Shown here in pieces: positions 11,986 to 24,007 of a stretch of DNA of 64,000 nt (the stretch's first letter is position 1; each line of letters opens with the position of its first letter). The DNA is from Marsupella aquatica (Eukaryota; Plantae; Marchantiophyta). Position numbers and translations under genes: made by a program. The notes under the pieces were generated by a model. That model did not search any database and was not told the DNA's origin. It saw only the letters and a program-made list of their open reading frames with translations. The DNA lies in NCBI GenBank assembly GCA_973895155.1, contig OZ316896.1, positions 9,011,539 through 9,075,538 on the forward strand, in the 5' to 3' direction.

Positions 11986-13523
11986 GTTCTCATAATTTTG
12001 GTGACAAGTTCAGGCAGAAGGTGGCTTTTAGAATTATAGATTTATCCACTTCAACTTATGCACACCACATGAGAGGGGACGACTGTCTAAGGTCGTGCAG
12101 AACTCCGGCCAAGGACATGAGCACGTTTTTGTTCAATTCGGCGTTGGAAGCAGTACCATTCAGAGGGAATGCAGGAACCACGATTTAAATCGCTTTCTCA
12201 AAGCAGTGTGCCTCAATTGAGGCGCAATTATTTTGAGCTGTAGAAGGACAGACTCTCAATTACTCGTAGTGAACTCATTTTTTGCAGTAAAGAGTAGTTG
12301 GACTAAGTGAACTAAACATTGATGCCTTGGTCACTGGCAGAGTGCTCTTGCAATTGCACATCCCTTACGGAGGCAAACAGACTGCGCTCATCTGGCAACT
12401 GAAGTGTAGTTATGCAGTATGTGCGTGCAAAGTATCACGTCGGAGCCGTCCGACGACGGTGGACAGCGAACTAATACATCATGATGTGCTTGCCCGCATT
12501 CGCAAGATTGGAATGATTCTGAGTATGCGACAACAATTATCCATTCCTTGCAAACAAATGAAGCCAGATTTTCCTAGGTAGATAAATGCGCAATTGAATG
12601 CCTATTGTTTGGTCCGGCCAAGTCGAATATCTCCTACGTATATGCAAATGATCTATGAATCCCAGAGGAACGGCTTTCAATATTGCACCATCGTGTCTGA
12701 CAATTGCACCACTTGTTCGGGTGACTGGTATACAAATCAGTACAGGAAGTTTATGAGATTTCTTTGCCACAGAATATGTACATAGTTTCTCCGTCGAGGA
12801 ATGAACTTCCTGATATCTATAACAGGCCCAATTGATCTTCACAATTTGCCTCACCTATCCTAGGTGTCAATGCTTTTGCTTTGCACACCACGGGTTATTT
12901 TTCAAACTTGACCGCAAATCGCATCTATTTGTTCATTCTTTGGGTAACAACTACAGCAGCTTCTCGATGGACCACCAAACGACCCCTATTGCTCTAGTAG
13001 TAGTGCGTGGAAGGCTACAGAATTACTAAATCAATGTGAAAGGCACAATGCCACTAAAATGACCCAGCTAGAACCTCCTTGACCACAAGCCTGCGTTTGA
13101 TGTGGCAGATTTTCCAACATATTGGACTTTGCATTTAATAGTTCCTTCATCCACATTCGTCTTCCAGAATTCAAAGCACTGTGCTGCTGGTCCAAACCTT
13201 TGACGGGCTAGATTTCAAGAGAAATCAAGGTCCCTTACTCTCACTTGGTGGTCAACTTACCGGTTGCTGGTCAACTGCCTCCATTTCTACACGAGTGAGG
13301 ATCAGTATTCTAGCTGGTTTCGCTACAAAAATGTTGTGATAGGCACCCTTGACCAATGCTACTGCATACAACAGATTCCAGGGGTTACCTATCATAATGG
13401 CTACAACTCAGTCGAAACGCAGATGGATTCACCAACACGAGTTCCATCTGGGGTTCTGCTTTGGGGAGCAATTATACTACAAGATGCTGAACCAAGGAAT
13501 AGGGAATCTGCAGCATCAGCAAC

Positions 13524-16500
13524 TTAATTCACAGCGCACAGTTTTTTCGTTCCTTTCTTGACATCCTTTTTGTGCTTCTTGAATTCTCGCTTTTCTTTTT
13601 CGAGCCTTTTATGCACCCTGGGGATTTCAGCTTTGAAGGCTTCTATAGAAGCTTGTAGAGAGTGATTTCTGTTCTCTTGCGCCTTACACGTCTTTTCGAT
13701 GTCCTTGAATTCAATCTCAGCCTTGGCGGCTGCCGCCCTTGCAACTTTGAGATCCTTGTTCACCTTGTCCATCTCGTCCTCAAGCGCCTGCCCCAAAATT
13801 TGTTTTGAAACAATTGTGCTATCCATTTCTGAAACAATATTGACTCTTCTCCTGTGTACGTGAGTGTGAGAAACAACGCATAGTGCAAGCGCCAATAAAT
13901 TTATCCTCTTGTTTTAAAACTCAACTCAAGGAGCAAGTCAGAATTCCAACAATTATCCAAGATGCACAACTCTCCCAGTTGTGCATTCAATCTACAACCT
14001 GACATAGGGGGTATCCATGCCATCAGCACTTCTACAATTATTACTGCTCGCAGTATTTGACCACTGAACGTTGCTAGCTAACCAACAAGTGGTTTGATAG
14101 CAATGCACATTGCGTACTTGGTCAATTTGGGGTCGATAATAAAAGCGCTCCATCTCAGTTACTCGCAAATGAAAGACGTTCGGCTACTTTTGACAACTCT
14201 GGTTGCAAAAGAGGCTCTCAAAGTCTGTTGGTCAGAAAATATGCCCCAAGACATTTTGTCCGTCCTTTTGGTACAGATGGAAGGTAGTGTTTCACTTCAG
14301 CCAATGGAAAGAAAAGGATTCTGAAACAAGCAATAAAACTGAGCCTTCTCAGATCTATTGCAAATTTCCCTTGCTGTCCTGCTCTTAATTGGTTACTTAT
14401 TAACCAATTGCAATCTAGTGGTCCCCAGACTTTATACAGATATTGACTGGTCATGAGACCAATAGTTATGTTTTGTCTCTTCTGTTCGCGCAGAAGACTC
14501 TTTCTTTTGTTTGATCACCTCACATTCGGCAGATGAATCTGCGTGGAGGCTAAGCTTTTGATTGAGTGGATTATCCTCTCAGCCAAAGAATCCCTTTTTG
14601 CCCAACTTCTTGTTCATTTTTTGTTTGTGTTTCTTGAATTTCTTTGTTTCTTGAGCAACTTTTTTCTTCAATCGTTCAGCCTCTTCCTTCTCTGCAGTGA
14701 TACTGTTAGTCAAAACATCAATCTTGGCTTCGAGTGCCTTAGTCTTTTTCTCAGCCGTCTTGGCTTCAAGAGTGATCTCTGCTGCTTTCAATCGGGCAGC
14801 TCTAAGCTCCACATTCACCTTGTCCAACTCCTTGTCAAGTTCCTGTTCAACAAGAACTTGAACATCGGTTGAAAAGTATCCTTATCCTTGATGAATGTCC
14901 CACGTCTAACCTAAGGGGCTGTTTAGCTCCCTCATTGGCTGCTATAACTTCTAGAACATTAGCTCCAGAGTCATTTCGACCACCCAGAAAGTTCTAGGAA
15001 CATTTGTGCCGCCTCAGGACAATAAGGCGTGGCCATGGAGTTATCCTATCCACGCCAGATGTCCCCGTCTGACGACCTTCAATACTGAGTTTTCCAACTA
15101 TGACGGTTAATTGCAACTATCGAGTTAGGATACGTACTTCTTTCTCGAGCTCCAGCCGATCATTATCTGCTTCTGCTTCAGCAGCTTTATCAGCAAACGG
15201 TTGTAGTTCTCGGTTGTTTGCCATCAACTCATTGTGACTCCCTTTTAGCTTCTGTATTTGCACTTTGAGTCTTCCGACTTCTCCCAGAAACACATCTCTT
15301 TCAAATTCAATCTCCTGCGCTCAACACAAAAACGGAAAAAAAACACTCAGATACTCTCTGGCCCGAGAGTGTACTTACTCCATGCCTCTCATTGTGGGCG
15401 GGTCGACATTTACTATGCCCGCCAAAGAAACTGAAAAGAAATAAGAATTGTAGTTCAACGATATCACTTGGCTGGCAAAAGGCCTGCGTGTTAAGGCCTG
15501 CGTGTTAGGATAAAACTAGCCTTTCAGCCCCACTACTGAAGTACTGGGCAACTGCCTGCAACACAGCAGGGGTTAAAGGGAAGTCTCTTTTTTGCAGCAA
15601 TTTACTGTCTCTCCAGTTATACTCCAACCTCCAGAAGATTTCGTTATCCCCCAACGTTCCAGAGTGGTATGACTACAGTACTACCACTTTAAACCTGGTT
15701 CTTGAAGAATGCAATGAACATAAAACGGAGCATATCTTTTGATTGAGACATAGCATACCCTGCAATGAGACACGCGACTATCTTCACGAAGCTTGTGGAT
15801 CTCGTCATCTTGATTCTCTGCAATCCCTTGCATATCTAGTAGCTTGTTCTTGAGTCCTGCAGACGCATACAGTAAGCCATACATGCATCCCAAACTTAAT
15901 TACATCGTGGAAACCAAACCTGATAAAGAACTCGCAAATCTTATATGCATTCAGCCCCCTTCGAATGAGGTGCATTGGAAAACGGTGATAAAGTCATCGT
16001 TGATGAATAAAGGAGGTAAACTCAAAGACAAAACTCTCAGGCACAACCAAACGAGGGAAAGCAAATGGAGACAATTGCTCAAACATGTTCAGAAAGGTGG
16101 GAGATATCCAGACCAAAAATTCGAGCCCGCATTCGCATACAGTGGGACAGTCTTGTAGCTCGAGACTGGCAATTGGGCTTCTCCATGTCAAGGATATCAC
16201 GGTGCATTCTCCTGTGACCTCATCACTCCCATCATATCGTCAGAGTGTTAGGTCAGAAGCCAAAGGGAAACCAAGTGGACCCCAGGTCTGTCATTCTTTT
16301 CATCCATCTCATTGATAAACTCCTATACGACTCACAATTTACGGAGCCGAACAACAGAAAACATGTCCTTCGCTAGTGGGAAGGATCAAACGACAAAAGA
16401 GGGACGGTAGACAGATCAGACTGCCATGAAAGAAGGGCGGCCGATCAGGTTGTAGATCTTATAGTTTTCATCCATGGCAGTAGATAGAGATAAGCGTGAG

Positions 16501-17600
16501 AGTATGAATGAATGGATGAGAGCAACAGAATTGACTGGTTCACGGGGCCACAACTGAGTCATGCATTGTGCTGACATGAAAGGTCAGCAGCACTAACAAA
16601 ACGCTGAAAATGCCGGAAAAATGCCTGAATAAAATATACGTAAAATCAACAGGGACAAGGAACAGGGGTTGATGATTGCACAAGTGCTAGAAACCAGAAC
16701 GTGGGAACGTGGGAACGTGAGAAAGTATATGACATAAGCAATGTAATGATAGGAGAGAGAGAGATAGCCCATGAAAGCATGCCTGAATATCTAGGAGGCT
16801 CCAATTGACAAAGGGACCCTATTTTGAAGGAAGAAGACTTCCGAAACCACCAGAAATAGAGAATGTGAAATTCAATCTTAACGAGCTTAGAAATGACACG
16901 AAAGAGATACACCCCATGAATCAAAGAACCGATGTCCAGGAGACCCAGATAGCTGCAAAAAATCCTCTTTCTTTTCACCAAAAGTGTACAAAATGTACAA
17001 AACAATTTTTGTCATTTTCAAGGACTGGACAAACAGAGTCCTTGAGTCTCTTCTAAGTTGGCAGCAAAGAGAGGAGGAGGACCTGTTTTCCATGTCGAGC
17101 ATGGATGCCTGAATTTTGTAGTGGCGGAGGTGAATCTGCTGATCGAACAGGGAGCGCTTAAGGTCCAGCACCTGCTCCAGCAGCATCTCCTTGTCTCGGC
17201 TCTCCAGAACCAGCTTGCGCGAGACCTGAGGAATGACCTTCACGCGAGGAGAGCCAGTCCCCATATCTTGGTCGCATGCGGCCAGCCCCAAGCTCAGCAC
17301 CGGCTGCGCTCTCTTCCCAGTCTCCGCAGATTTCACCACCCATCGGCCTCCACTGTCGCCCGCCAGCTGCGGGCACGGATCGGCGGCATCGGAGTCGAAC
17401 GACTTGAGCCGCACCGCCAAATCGAAGGGCTCCGGAGAATTGCCTCGTATCGCATTCATCATGCGCCTATGATGCGCCTGCGAAGTCGGTCCGCTGTGCC
17501 TCATGTGGTCGATGATGGGGCACGGCCCGGCCTTGAAGCACTCGTCATCGTAATCCGACAAACTCATCCCCCGCGCAGAATTGTCCACGAATTGAGACAT
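13524..17600 (-). CDS. IQCE-like coiled-coil protein; exons 17600-17083, 16211-16114, 15856-15759, 15314-15138, then either 14842-14579 or 13787-13524
   Basis: All junctions are GT-AG and phase-compatible. RDKEMLLEQVLDLKRSL...MLDMENR and IFGLKNKLLDMQ...DEIHKLREDSRVSHCREIEFERDVFLGEVGRLK resemble, from memory, the conserved coiled-coil blocks of IQCE. No IQ motif was seen. Confidence 0.65.
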
Positions 17601-18071
17601 TGTTGGCTGCTTTTTTGCTTGCTAGCTCTTCTTCTTCTTCTTATAATTTGAAAATCGATTCAATCCGTCGAAATTCTCGGAAGAAAGAAGAGAAGATTTC
17701 GCCGATGAGCAATCAAATCCCAATGGGCTGCCTTAATTGCTTTCTGCAGTAGTGTCTCTTGTGGATTGAAGAAGAAGTAGGACCTTAATCTCTCGTCTGC
17801 CAATCCACAAGAGACCACAGAAAGCAAAATTTGGATTGATACATCGTAATTGCTTGAATCCAACATAGATTGACGGATGGGACAGAATGCGAGAGCATAA
17901 CGAAATCCGCCTGTCACTCAACTGTGCTGCCTGGCTGCAGAAAGGTTGAGTGACATCAATCTCAAGATTGATGAAGGGGACAAAGTGCGAGACAGAAAGA
18001 AACGGAGCAATTACGATGCGTCAATCAGATGACTGTTGACGTGAACTCACATTTTCTTTCAAGAATGATGA

Positions 18072-18103
18072 GAAAGAAAGAAAGAAGGAAAGAAAGAAAG
18101 AAA
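18072..18103. repeat. (GAAA)n microsatellite
   Basis: gaaagaaagaaagaaggaaagaaagaaagaaag. Confidence 0.9.
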
Positions 18104-18996
18104 GCAAGCAGTTAAGATGTATCAACCCAATGTTGGTGAGGTGAACTCGAGTTTTCCTCCGTATGCAGAACGAGGTTGGCAGAGATTGCCATTTCATAGC
18201 AGCAGCAGGCAGAGCTGAACCGAAATTGTCAAAAATCTACAGCACACTTGCCTCCATTCCTGGCGGGCCCACTTGACCACCCGAACAAGAGGCATGACCT
18301 CGCCTCGAGATTGGATTTCTTCCCTCAAAAAAAGCGCATCATCAGATACAGCTACAGCAATGGATGAATCGCTGACCACCATCGCAGGAAGTCGGAGGAG
18401 TGGTAGCAATTGCCTGCAAGATCAGAATTCGAGGACTCCATGTTCTCCAAATCCAAGAGTCAAAAGCAATAGTTACACCCATTCGTTTCTCACATCTGAA
18501 TGGTGGGAATATTATGATCTGCATACATTTCGAAGACTTAGGCTCGGATGGATCACTATGTTTTACTCTGCAACTCCCATAGGCCTAGCGAAAGGTTTGA
18601 GACGGAGATTTCGTGCAAGTCTAGAGAAATATACTCCATGGACCTCTCAATAGAAATTGTTATTGAAAAGTTCTGGGATACCTTGATTAAAGGTCTATCA
18701 ACGAACGATCTGGATCATCAAGTGACAGTCATTTTGTGGGTCGGTCAAGTATATCTCTCTGCAAATCTAGGAAGTGGAAGGTTTGATGCTCCTACTTAAA
18801 TGGACATAGGAACTTCATGGTGTGATGATACTCCCCGAATCTTACAGTGTCGTGATATGGAAGTGTAAGAATTGTTGCAAATATGGAAGTGTAAGAGTTG
18901 TAAATACAGTAACCAGGCATTCCCAAGTCCTTCAGTTTAATGAGAAAGCAGGTTACTGCATGGACGGAATACAGGAGGATTCCACTGAGGACCCTC

Positions 18997-19111
18997 TATA
19001 CTACATGAATGTCTAAAGTCAAATGAATGTTTACATGTCATCTTTGGAATGCTCCATACTACTTGAATGTCTAAAACAGTCAAATGAATGTTTACATGTC
19101 ATCTTTGGAAT
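18997..19111. repeat. Tandem duplication of ~55-60 bp
   Basis: tgaatgtctaaa..gtcaaatgaatgtttacatgtcatctttggaatg occurs twice. Confidence 0.85.
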
Positions 19112-20595
19112 GGAGGTGCAAAGTGTGCTATGCAACATAATTTTAATGCTTCCTTTGTGTCCATCAAGGTTTGGCGTCCATCTCAGCTTCCACTTCAAAT
19201 TTATCGCTCAAAATATTTATTTCCAGATTCTTATGAAAATGGAAAATTAGATAAGGAAAATTAGATAAACTCTAAATTGTGAGTCGTAAGCTTGGATGGG
19301 ATCTCCCTCCAAACTTTTGAACTCAGCCCGGATCCCCAAAAAGTTCTTTGTATAAGAGTCTAGATGTTTTATTCTAGATTGATGTTATAGTAGTTAATTA
19401 CATGGCTCACTAGGTCCCATGCAAACTCAGGATTGTTATTGGAGCAATCCTTAAAGGCTGCCCTCAAGTTTTAGAGTTGGGAACAGATGTTCCTCTCATT
19501 CAAGGAGCCCTCAAGCCATGACGAGTGAGGGTACGTTTGAGGGCCAATGGCATAAGACCCTTACTCTCCCAAAGACCTTGAACATTGACAAGAACTTGGA
19601 GAGTGAAGAACTTTTGTCCGAACCTGTGAGAACCGCTTCAGACATAGTGACCTCTGAAATTGTGAAATTTAGACACAATGGCTTCAGGTTAGTTCAGTGC
19701 TTGCCACCCTCTATTCTTCATTCTCAGAAAGAGAGATACATCCAAGCCAACCTCGATACCTTTGCTGCAGAATACATGGCAACCACAATAATATCAAGCA
19801 TTCCCTTGGGCGCATATTAATTGGAGTTTCATTTGAAAAACATAGTTTGGACGATCACCTGTGTACTGTAGAAGACTAAATTGAATTTTGATTCCGAGAA
19901 CTTGGGACTAGAGGTTGGAAAAGGATCCTGAAAATAGTATATCGAAAGGACACCTCGAGGGAGTATTGGAAGTTGCAGGTGGATGTCTAGTTAGTGTGGC
20001 AGGCAGCAGAATGATGTTTACACACGCACAGTAAACATTCAAGTGTACCTCTGGGACGATATAATTATTTCTAGCTATAAGAGAGTAAGCAAAAGATTGC
20101 AAATTGGAACGTTTGTGTCTGGTGGACCCATAGGATCTTGCAGAAGGTCTAAGCATCACAAATAGGTTAAAAACGACGCTATAACATATTTGTGCAAAAT
20201 TGATAGAATCAACCCGAGAGAGCAACTTGCGAGGCAGTCCGACCACCAATGCTGTGACTTCACTTGTCAGCAAGTGAAATACATCTAGTCTTTAATCCTG
20301 GAGAGTTACACCAAGTGTCGAGATGCAACCAGGGAGAATGCGAGTGCAGAAGACAAACAATCTTGAACTCAAAGTATGAGCGCCCTGAGTTATGTTTGCA
20401 AAAGAATTGTACAAGAATTGACTAGACTTGAATTCGAACAAAAAGCCACGGATTTCCTAAGCTAGATTGAATTTTTCCCAAAACGTGTCCTACGGCCCAC
20501 CAGTACAGAAACTGATGTTCAGGGTATACAAGCTGACGAGTTACACATCACAATTGTTTTAGCAGGCGATAGACAAGGGCATCCATCTACAGTAC

Positions 20596-21909
20596 TTAAA
20601 CCTCTTCAGTTGGCGGAATATCCTCAAGATCAAGCTCGTTCAAACCTAGGGCATCCGCAGCTGGCCCGGCAAGGCCTCTCAGACCGAATCCTCCTTCATT
20701 CTGCAGTCTCAAATCCTCCGCACGGGCTGCAGCCTCTGCCTGCGCCACTCTTTGTCGGAATGTCTTTGCCATCTCATCAGCCTTTTCATATACTAATGCT
20801 GGGTTGCGAAGCATGTCACCAGGTGTAGGCTCCAACTTTTTGGTGGACAAACTTATCCTCCCCCTGTCCCTATCTTGACTCAGGATCATCACCTTCAATT
20901 TGTCACCGGGCTGCAAGACATTCTCCACAGTGGTGATGCGATCATGACTGATTTGGCTGATATGCAATAGGCCACTGGTTCCCCCAATATCAACAAATGC
21001 ACCATAAGGCTTCACAGATTGGACAGTTCCAATGACAACAGACCCAATTCCTACTCCCAGCTGAGTGGCAGCCAAAGCCTTCCTGTTACTCAGAACTAGC
21101 CTGGTCTTCTCCTCGTCCACCTCAATAAACTTCAGGGGCAACTCCTTATCCACCATATCTTCCTGGCTGACACCTGAGTATATCTGAGAAAAAGGCACAA
21201 ATCCTCGCAAACCCTCTACGCTGACTACAAGTCCACCCCTATTAGCAGAAAGAACTTTGCCCCTAACAGAAACATCATCAGCCTGCAGCTGCCTGCAACG
21301 CTCCCATGAAATATCATACTGAAGTTTCCGCAGACTCAGAATGACTCGGCCGTTGTCATCATCTTCCTTCACTATCATGAACTCTTCCTCTGAGCCAGGG
21401 TACAAACCCACCTCCTCCACAGTCTTGATCTTGTGAATGCACGCCTCGGCGATAGGTAGATAAGCTGAAGCCTTAGCACCAACATCTATGAGCGCTCCAT
21501 TAAAGTCAGTCTTAAACACCACACCTTTCACCAAGTCACCGACTTCAAAGCTGAAGTCATACTTGGAAAGAGCATCGGCGAATTCATCATAGGTAAAGGG
21601 AACTCCTTCCAGAGGACTGTCCAGAGCACGCTGCCATCGCTCCTCGGCTTCAGTTAAGAGGTCTTTAGGCCTCGGAGTGGCCAAAGAGGCCGAGCAGCTT
21701 ACCCTCAAAGCCCGTGGCACTGATGCTCCGCGCACTCCCTGCAATCCCAGGCTCCTTCCCAACAGACCACTGCTGTGAGAAAAACAGAGCTCTCCTACTT
21801 TAGCGTTACCGCTGCTGCACCCCAACGAGGAATTGTCACCGAGCGTGCACCTCCCGCCCGGCACCGCGCACACAGAACCTGCCACAATGTTCGTGGCGAT
21901 GGCCGCCAT
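20596..21909 (-). CDS. PRPS1: Plastid 30S ribosomal protein S1 (nuclear-encoded, transit peptide, three S1 domains); CDS uninterrupted
   Basis: Start MAAIATN at 21909. S1 repeats [43 protein letters not shown] and [27 protein letters not shown]; ends with [18 protein letters not shown]. Confidence 0.95.
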   Translation of the reverse strand: MAAIATNIVAGSVCAVPGGRCTLGDNSSLGCSSGNAKVGELCFSHSSGLLGRSLGLQGVRGASVPRALRVSCSASLATPRPKDLLTEAEERWQRALDSPLEGVPFTYDEFADALSKYDFSFEVGDLVKGVVFKTDFNGALIDVGAKASAYLPIAEACIHKIKTVEEVGLYPGSEEEFMIVKEDDDNGRVILSLRKLQYDISWERCRQLQADDVSVRGKVLSANRGGLVVSVEGLRGFVPFSQIYSGVSQEDMVDKELPLKFIEVDEEKTRLVLSNRKALAATQLGVGIGSVVIGTVQSVKPYGAFVDIGGTSGLLHISQISHDRITTVENVLQPGDKLKVMILSQDRDRGRISLSTKKLEPTPGDMLRNPALVYEKADEMAKTFRQRVAQAEAAARAEDLRLQNEGGFGLRGLAGPAADALGLNELDLEDIPPTEEV

Positions 21910-21924
21910 TGATGGATACCTTGA

Positions 21925-21955
<31 letters not shown>

Positions 21956-21960
21956 GACAC
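21925..21960. repeat. (CA)n microsatellite just upstream of the PRPS1 start
   Basis: Run of acacacac... followed by agac repeats. Confidence 0.9.
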
Positions 21961-22061
21961 GAAACAAATGCCAACCCACAACCAAAATGTCGAGTGGCAG
22001 GGGAGAGGAGACGGAGGACGACGACCTGATTGATTCCACAGAGAGAGGGAGAGCAAAGTGC

Positions 22062-22980
22062 TTGAGTTACTGTTGTATGTACTGACAGCAATCGAGGAAC
22101 AATATCGTAGTGCTCATATCGTAGCACTATTGGAATAAATTATTCTCTGATGGACCACTCCCAATGAACTTTGCAACATGGAACCTGGCCTCTAGTAGGA
22201 TTCCCTTGCTTGAACTCCCATGAACCTCTCATGGAACCTGGCCTCTGGTAGGATTCCCATGCTTGACTTTCCTACGCAGTTTACACCATTTTTTGTGCCC
22301 TTGGCTATTCTCCTGCTGAGCCTTTTTGCCCGGGTCCTTCTGGCTTTTTTGCCTTTTGGTTGTTCCCCCTTGAATGTTGCCTGAGGGATCTGTCTCCCAG
22401 TTGTTGGGAATTTTGTCAGTTTGAAATATATTGAGCTACTACTGTATGTGTATGTTGACAGCTATCGAGTAATGTCATAGTGCTACAAGCCCTATGCCCG
22501 TGCATTGCATGGTGCAAGGAGGGCCGGTCCATAGGGAGTCGGGCTGGGGCATTTATGGGGCAGTGGGAAGCACATATGTGCCAGGGGTGCGCATTTCCTC
22601 CATCAATGGTCAGGGAAAACAGCCAATCGAATCCAATGGCTGTGGATCTTTCCCGTACAGAAACTCTTTTGTATTGGGACGAAAAACAAAACAAAATGGG
22701 ATCCCTTATTATAGTTGTAGATTGGAGGTAAACATAATTCTGAACCTTGCAGCCTGGAAAGACCTTGATTACAGAGCAAGAGGGAAGTTATTGAGTTACT
22801 ATGTATTGACATCAATCAAGGACCAATATCCTTTAGTTGAAACTTAATTCTTGGATGGACCACTCCCATGAACCTTGCAGCCTGGAACTACCATTCCTGA
22901 GCAAGAGCGAAGTTATTGAGCTACTACTGTATGTATATGCTGACAGCTATTGAGTAACAATATTGTCGTAGTGCTATTGA
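22062..22980. repeat. Cluster of degenerate ~55-bp and ~35-bp direct repeats upstream of PRPS1
   Basis: ttgag(c/t)tact..tgtatg...tgacagc.at.gag..a....tagtgct near 22062, 22431, 22791 (partial) and 22916; gatggaccactccc(a)atgaac near 22149 and 22854. Confidence 0.7.
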
Positions 22981-23925
22981 GCAACATATAGTAAGTTTAA
23001 GGACAAGTACTTCCAAGACCCTGACCCTCAGATGAATTGACCAATTAGTTCACTATGCTTAGGATTCATTTCAATTCCTGCCACAAGGGTCAATATGTAA
23101 ACTAAATCCTAGAACTTGAGATTCTCCTAGCAAAGTATCAGTTTCTTAAATCACAACTGCCCATATATAAGGGGGAAGTGTCCATTTTTTCCATATTCCA
23201 CTCACTTCTTTCCTCTATGCTACCAGTCGGCTCCACGATTTGGAAAATTTTACTGTTAATAGTGAAATTTGGATCTACTGGTAACCTTTAGCTCTTTGAA
23301 GGGGCAGCTGTGAGGTACCAGAAATGCATTACCTTCACTTTGGCTTTTGCTCCTCATTCTCCTAGCAACAGTTGTCTCTGTTTGCATGTTTTGGAAGTAC
23401 ACTTAAATGTTTATTTAGAGAGAAAGTACTTAGTGAGACCCCAAATGGAACATTTCTGTCTCTCTAGACCATCAGGCACCACAAGTGGGTTTGTTCTTTA
23501 AGTTTTGAACAGTTCAGAAATCTCTTCAGAAGGAGTAGTTGAATTGATGACCTATGTCCAGGTGGTGTGTTTGTTTATCAACTTGTAAAACACTTAAAAG
23601 ACAATTTACTAATACATCCCAATGAGAAGCTAGAGTTGGGTATGGGCTTCTAGAGTGAAGACTCTACCCTAACCCTAAATTTACGTGGATGGAAAGAACT
23701 ATGTATACTATGAAAATGATACATACATGATGTATTTTGTCATCATTTCTATTAACATTCCAAAAATGTGTTGTTCAAAAGGAGGGTGTAACTACTACAG
23801 TTGCAAGCGCTTTTAAATCCAGATCATATCCGACCTGGGCCCCTTGCTGAAACAACTGGCAAGGAAGGGGTTCATAGTTTAGATGTTTTAAACAACTGGT
23901 TAATATGATGACATGTCATCAGCCA

Positions 23926-24007
23926 GTCAGGATGGCCGAGTGGTCTAAGGCGCCCGACTCAAGTTCGGGTCTCGTGAGAGGCGTGGGTTCAAATCCCACT
24001 TCTGACA
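23926..24007 (+). tRNA. tRNA-Leu-CAA: tRNA-Leu(CAA), nuclear
   Basis: GTCAGGA/TCTGAC-A acceptor stem, A-box TGGCCGAGTGG, anticodon arm CCCGA-CTCAAGT-TCGGG, long variable arm, B-box GGTTCAAATCC, and a T-run downstream near 24035. Confidence 0.95.

Noticed and set aside
17058-17651. 197-aa plus-strand ORF, and similar antisense ORFs over the ARM, CCB1 and TrpRS exons
   Set aside because: Shadow ORFs of GC-rich coding exons on the opposite strand.
21910-22056. N-terminal extension of RPS1 (CVCVCV)
   Set aside because: It is translation of a (TG)n microsatellite and UTR; the real start is MAAIATN at 21909.
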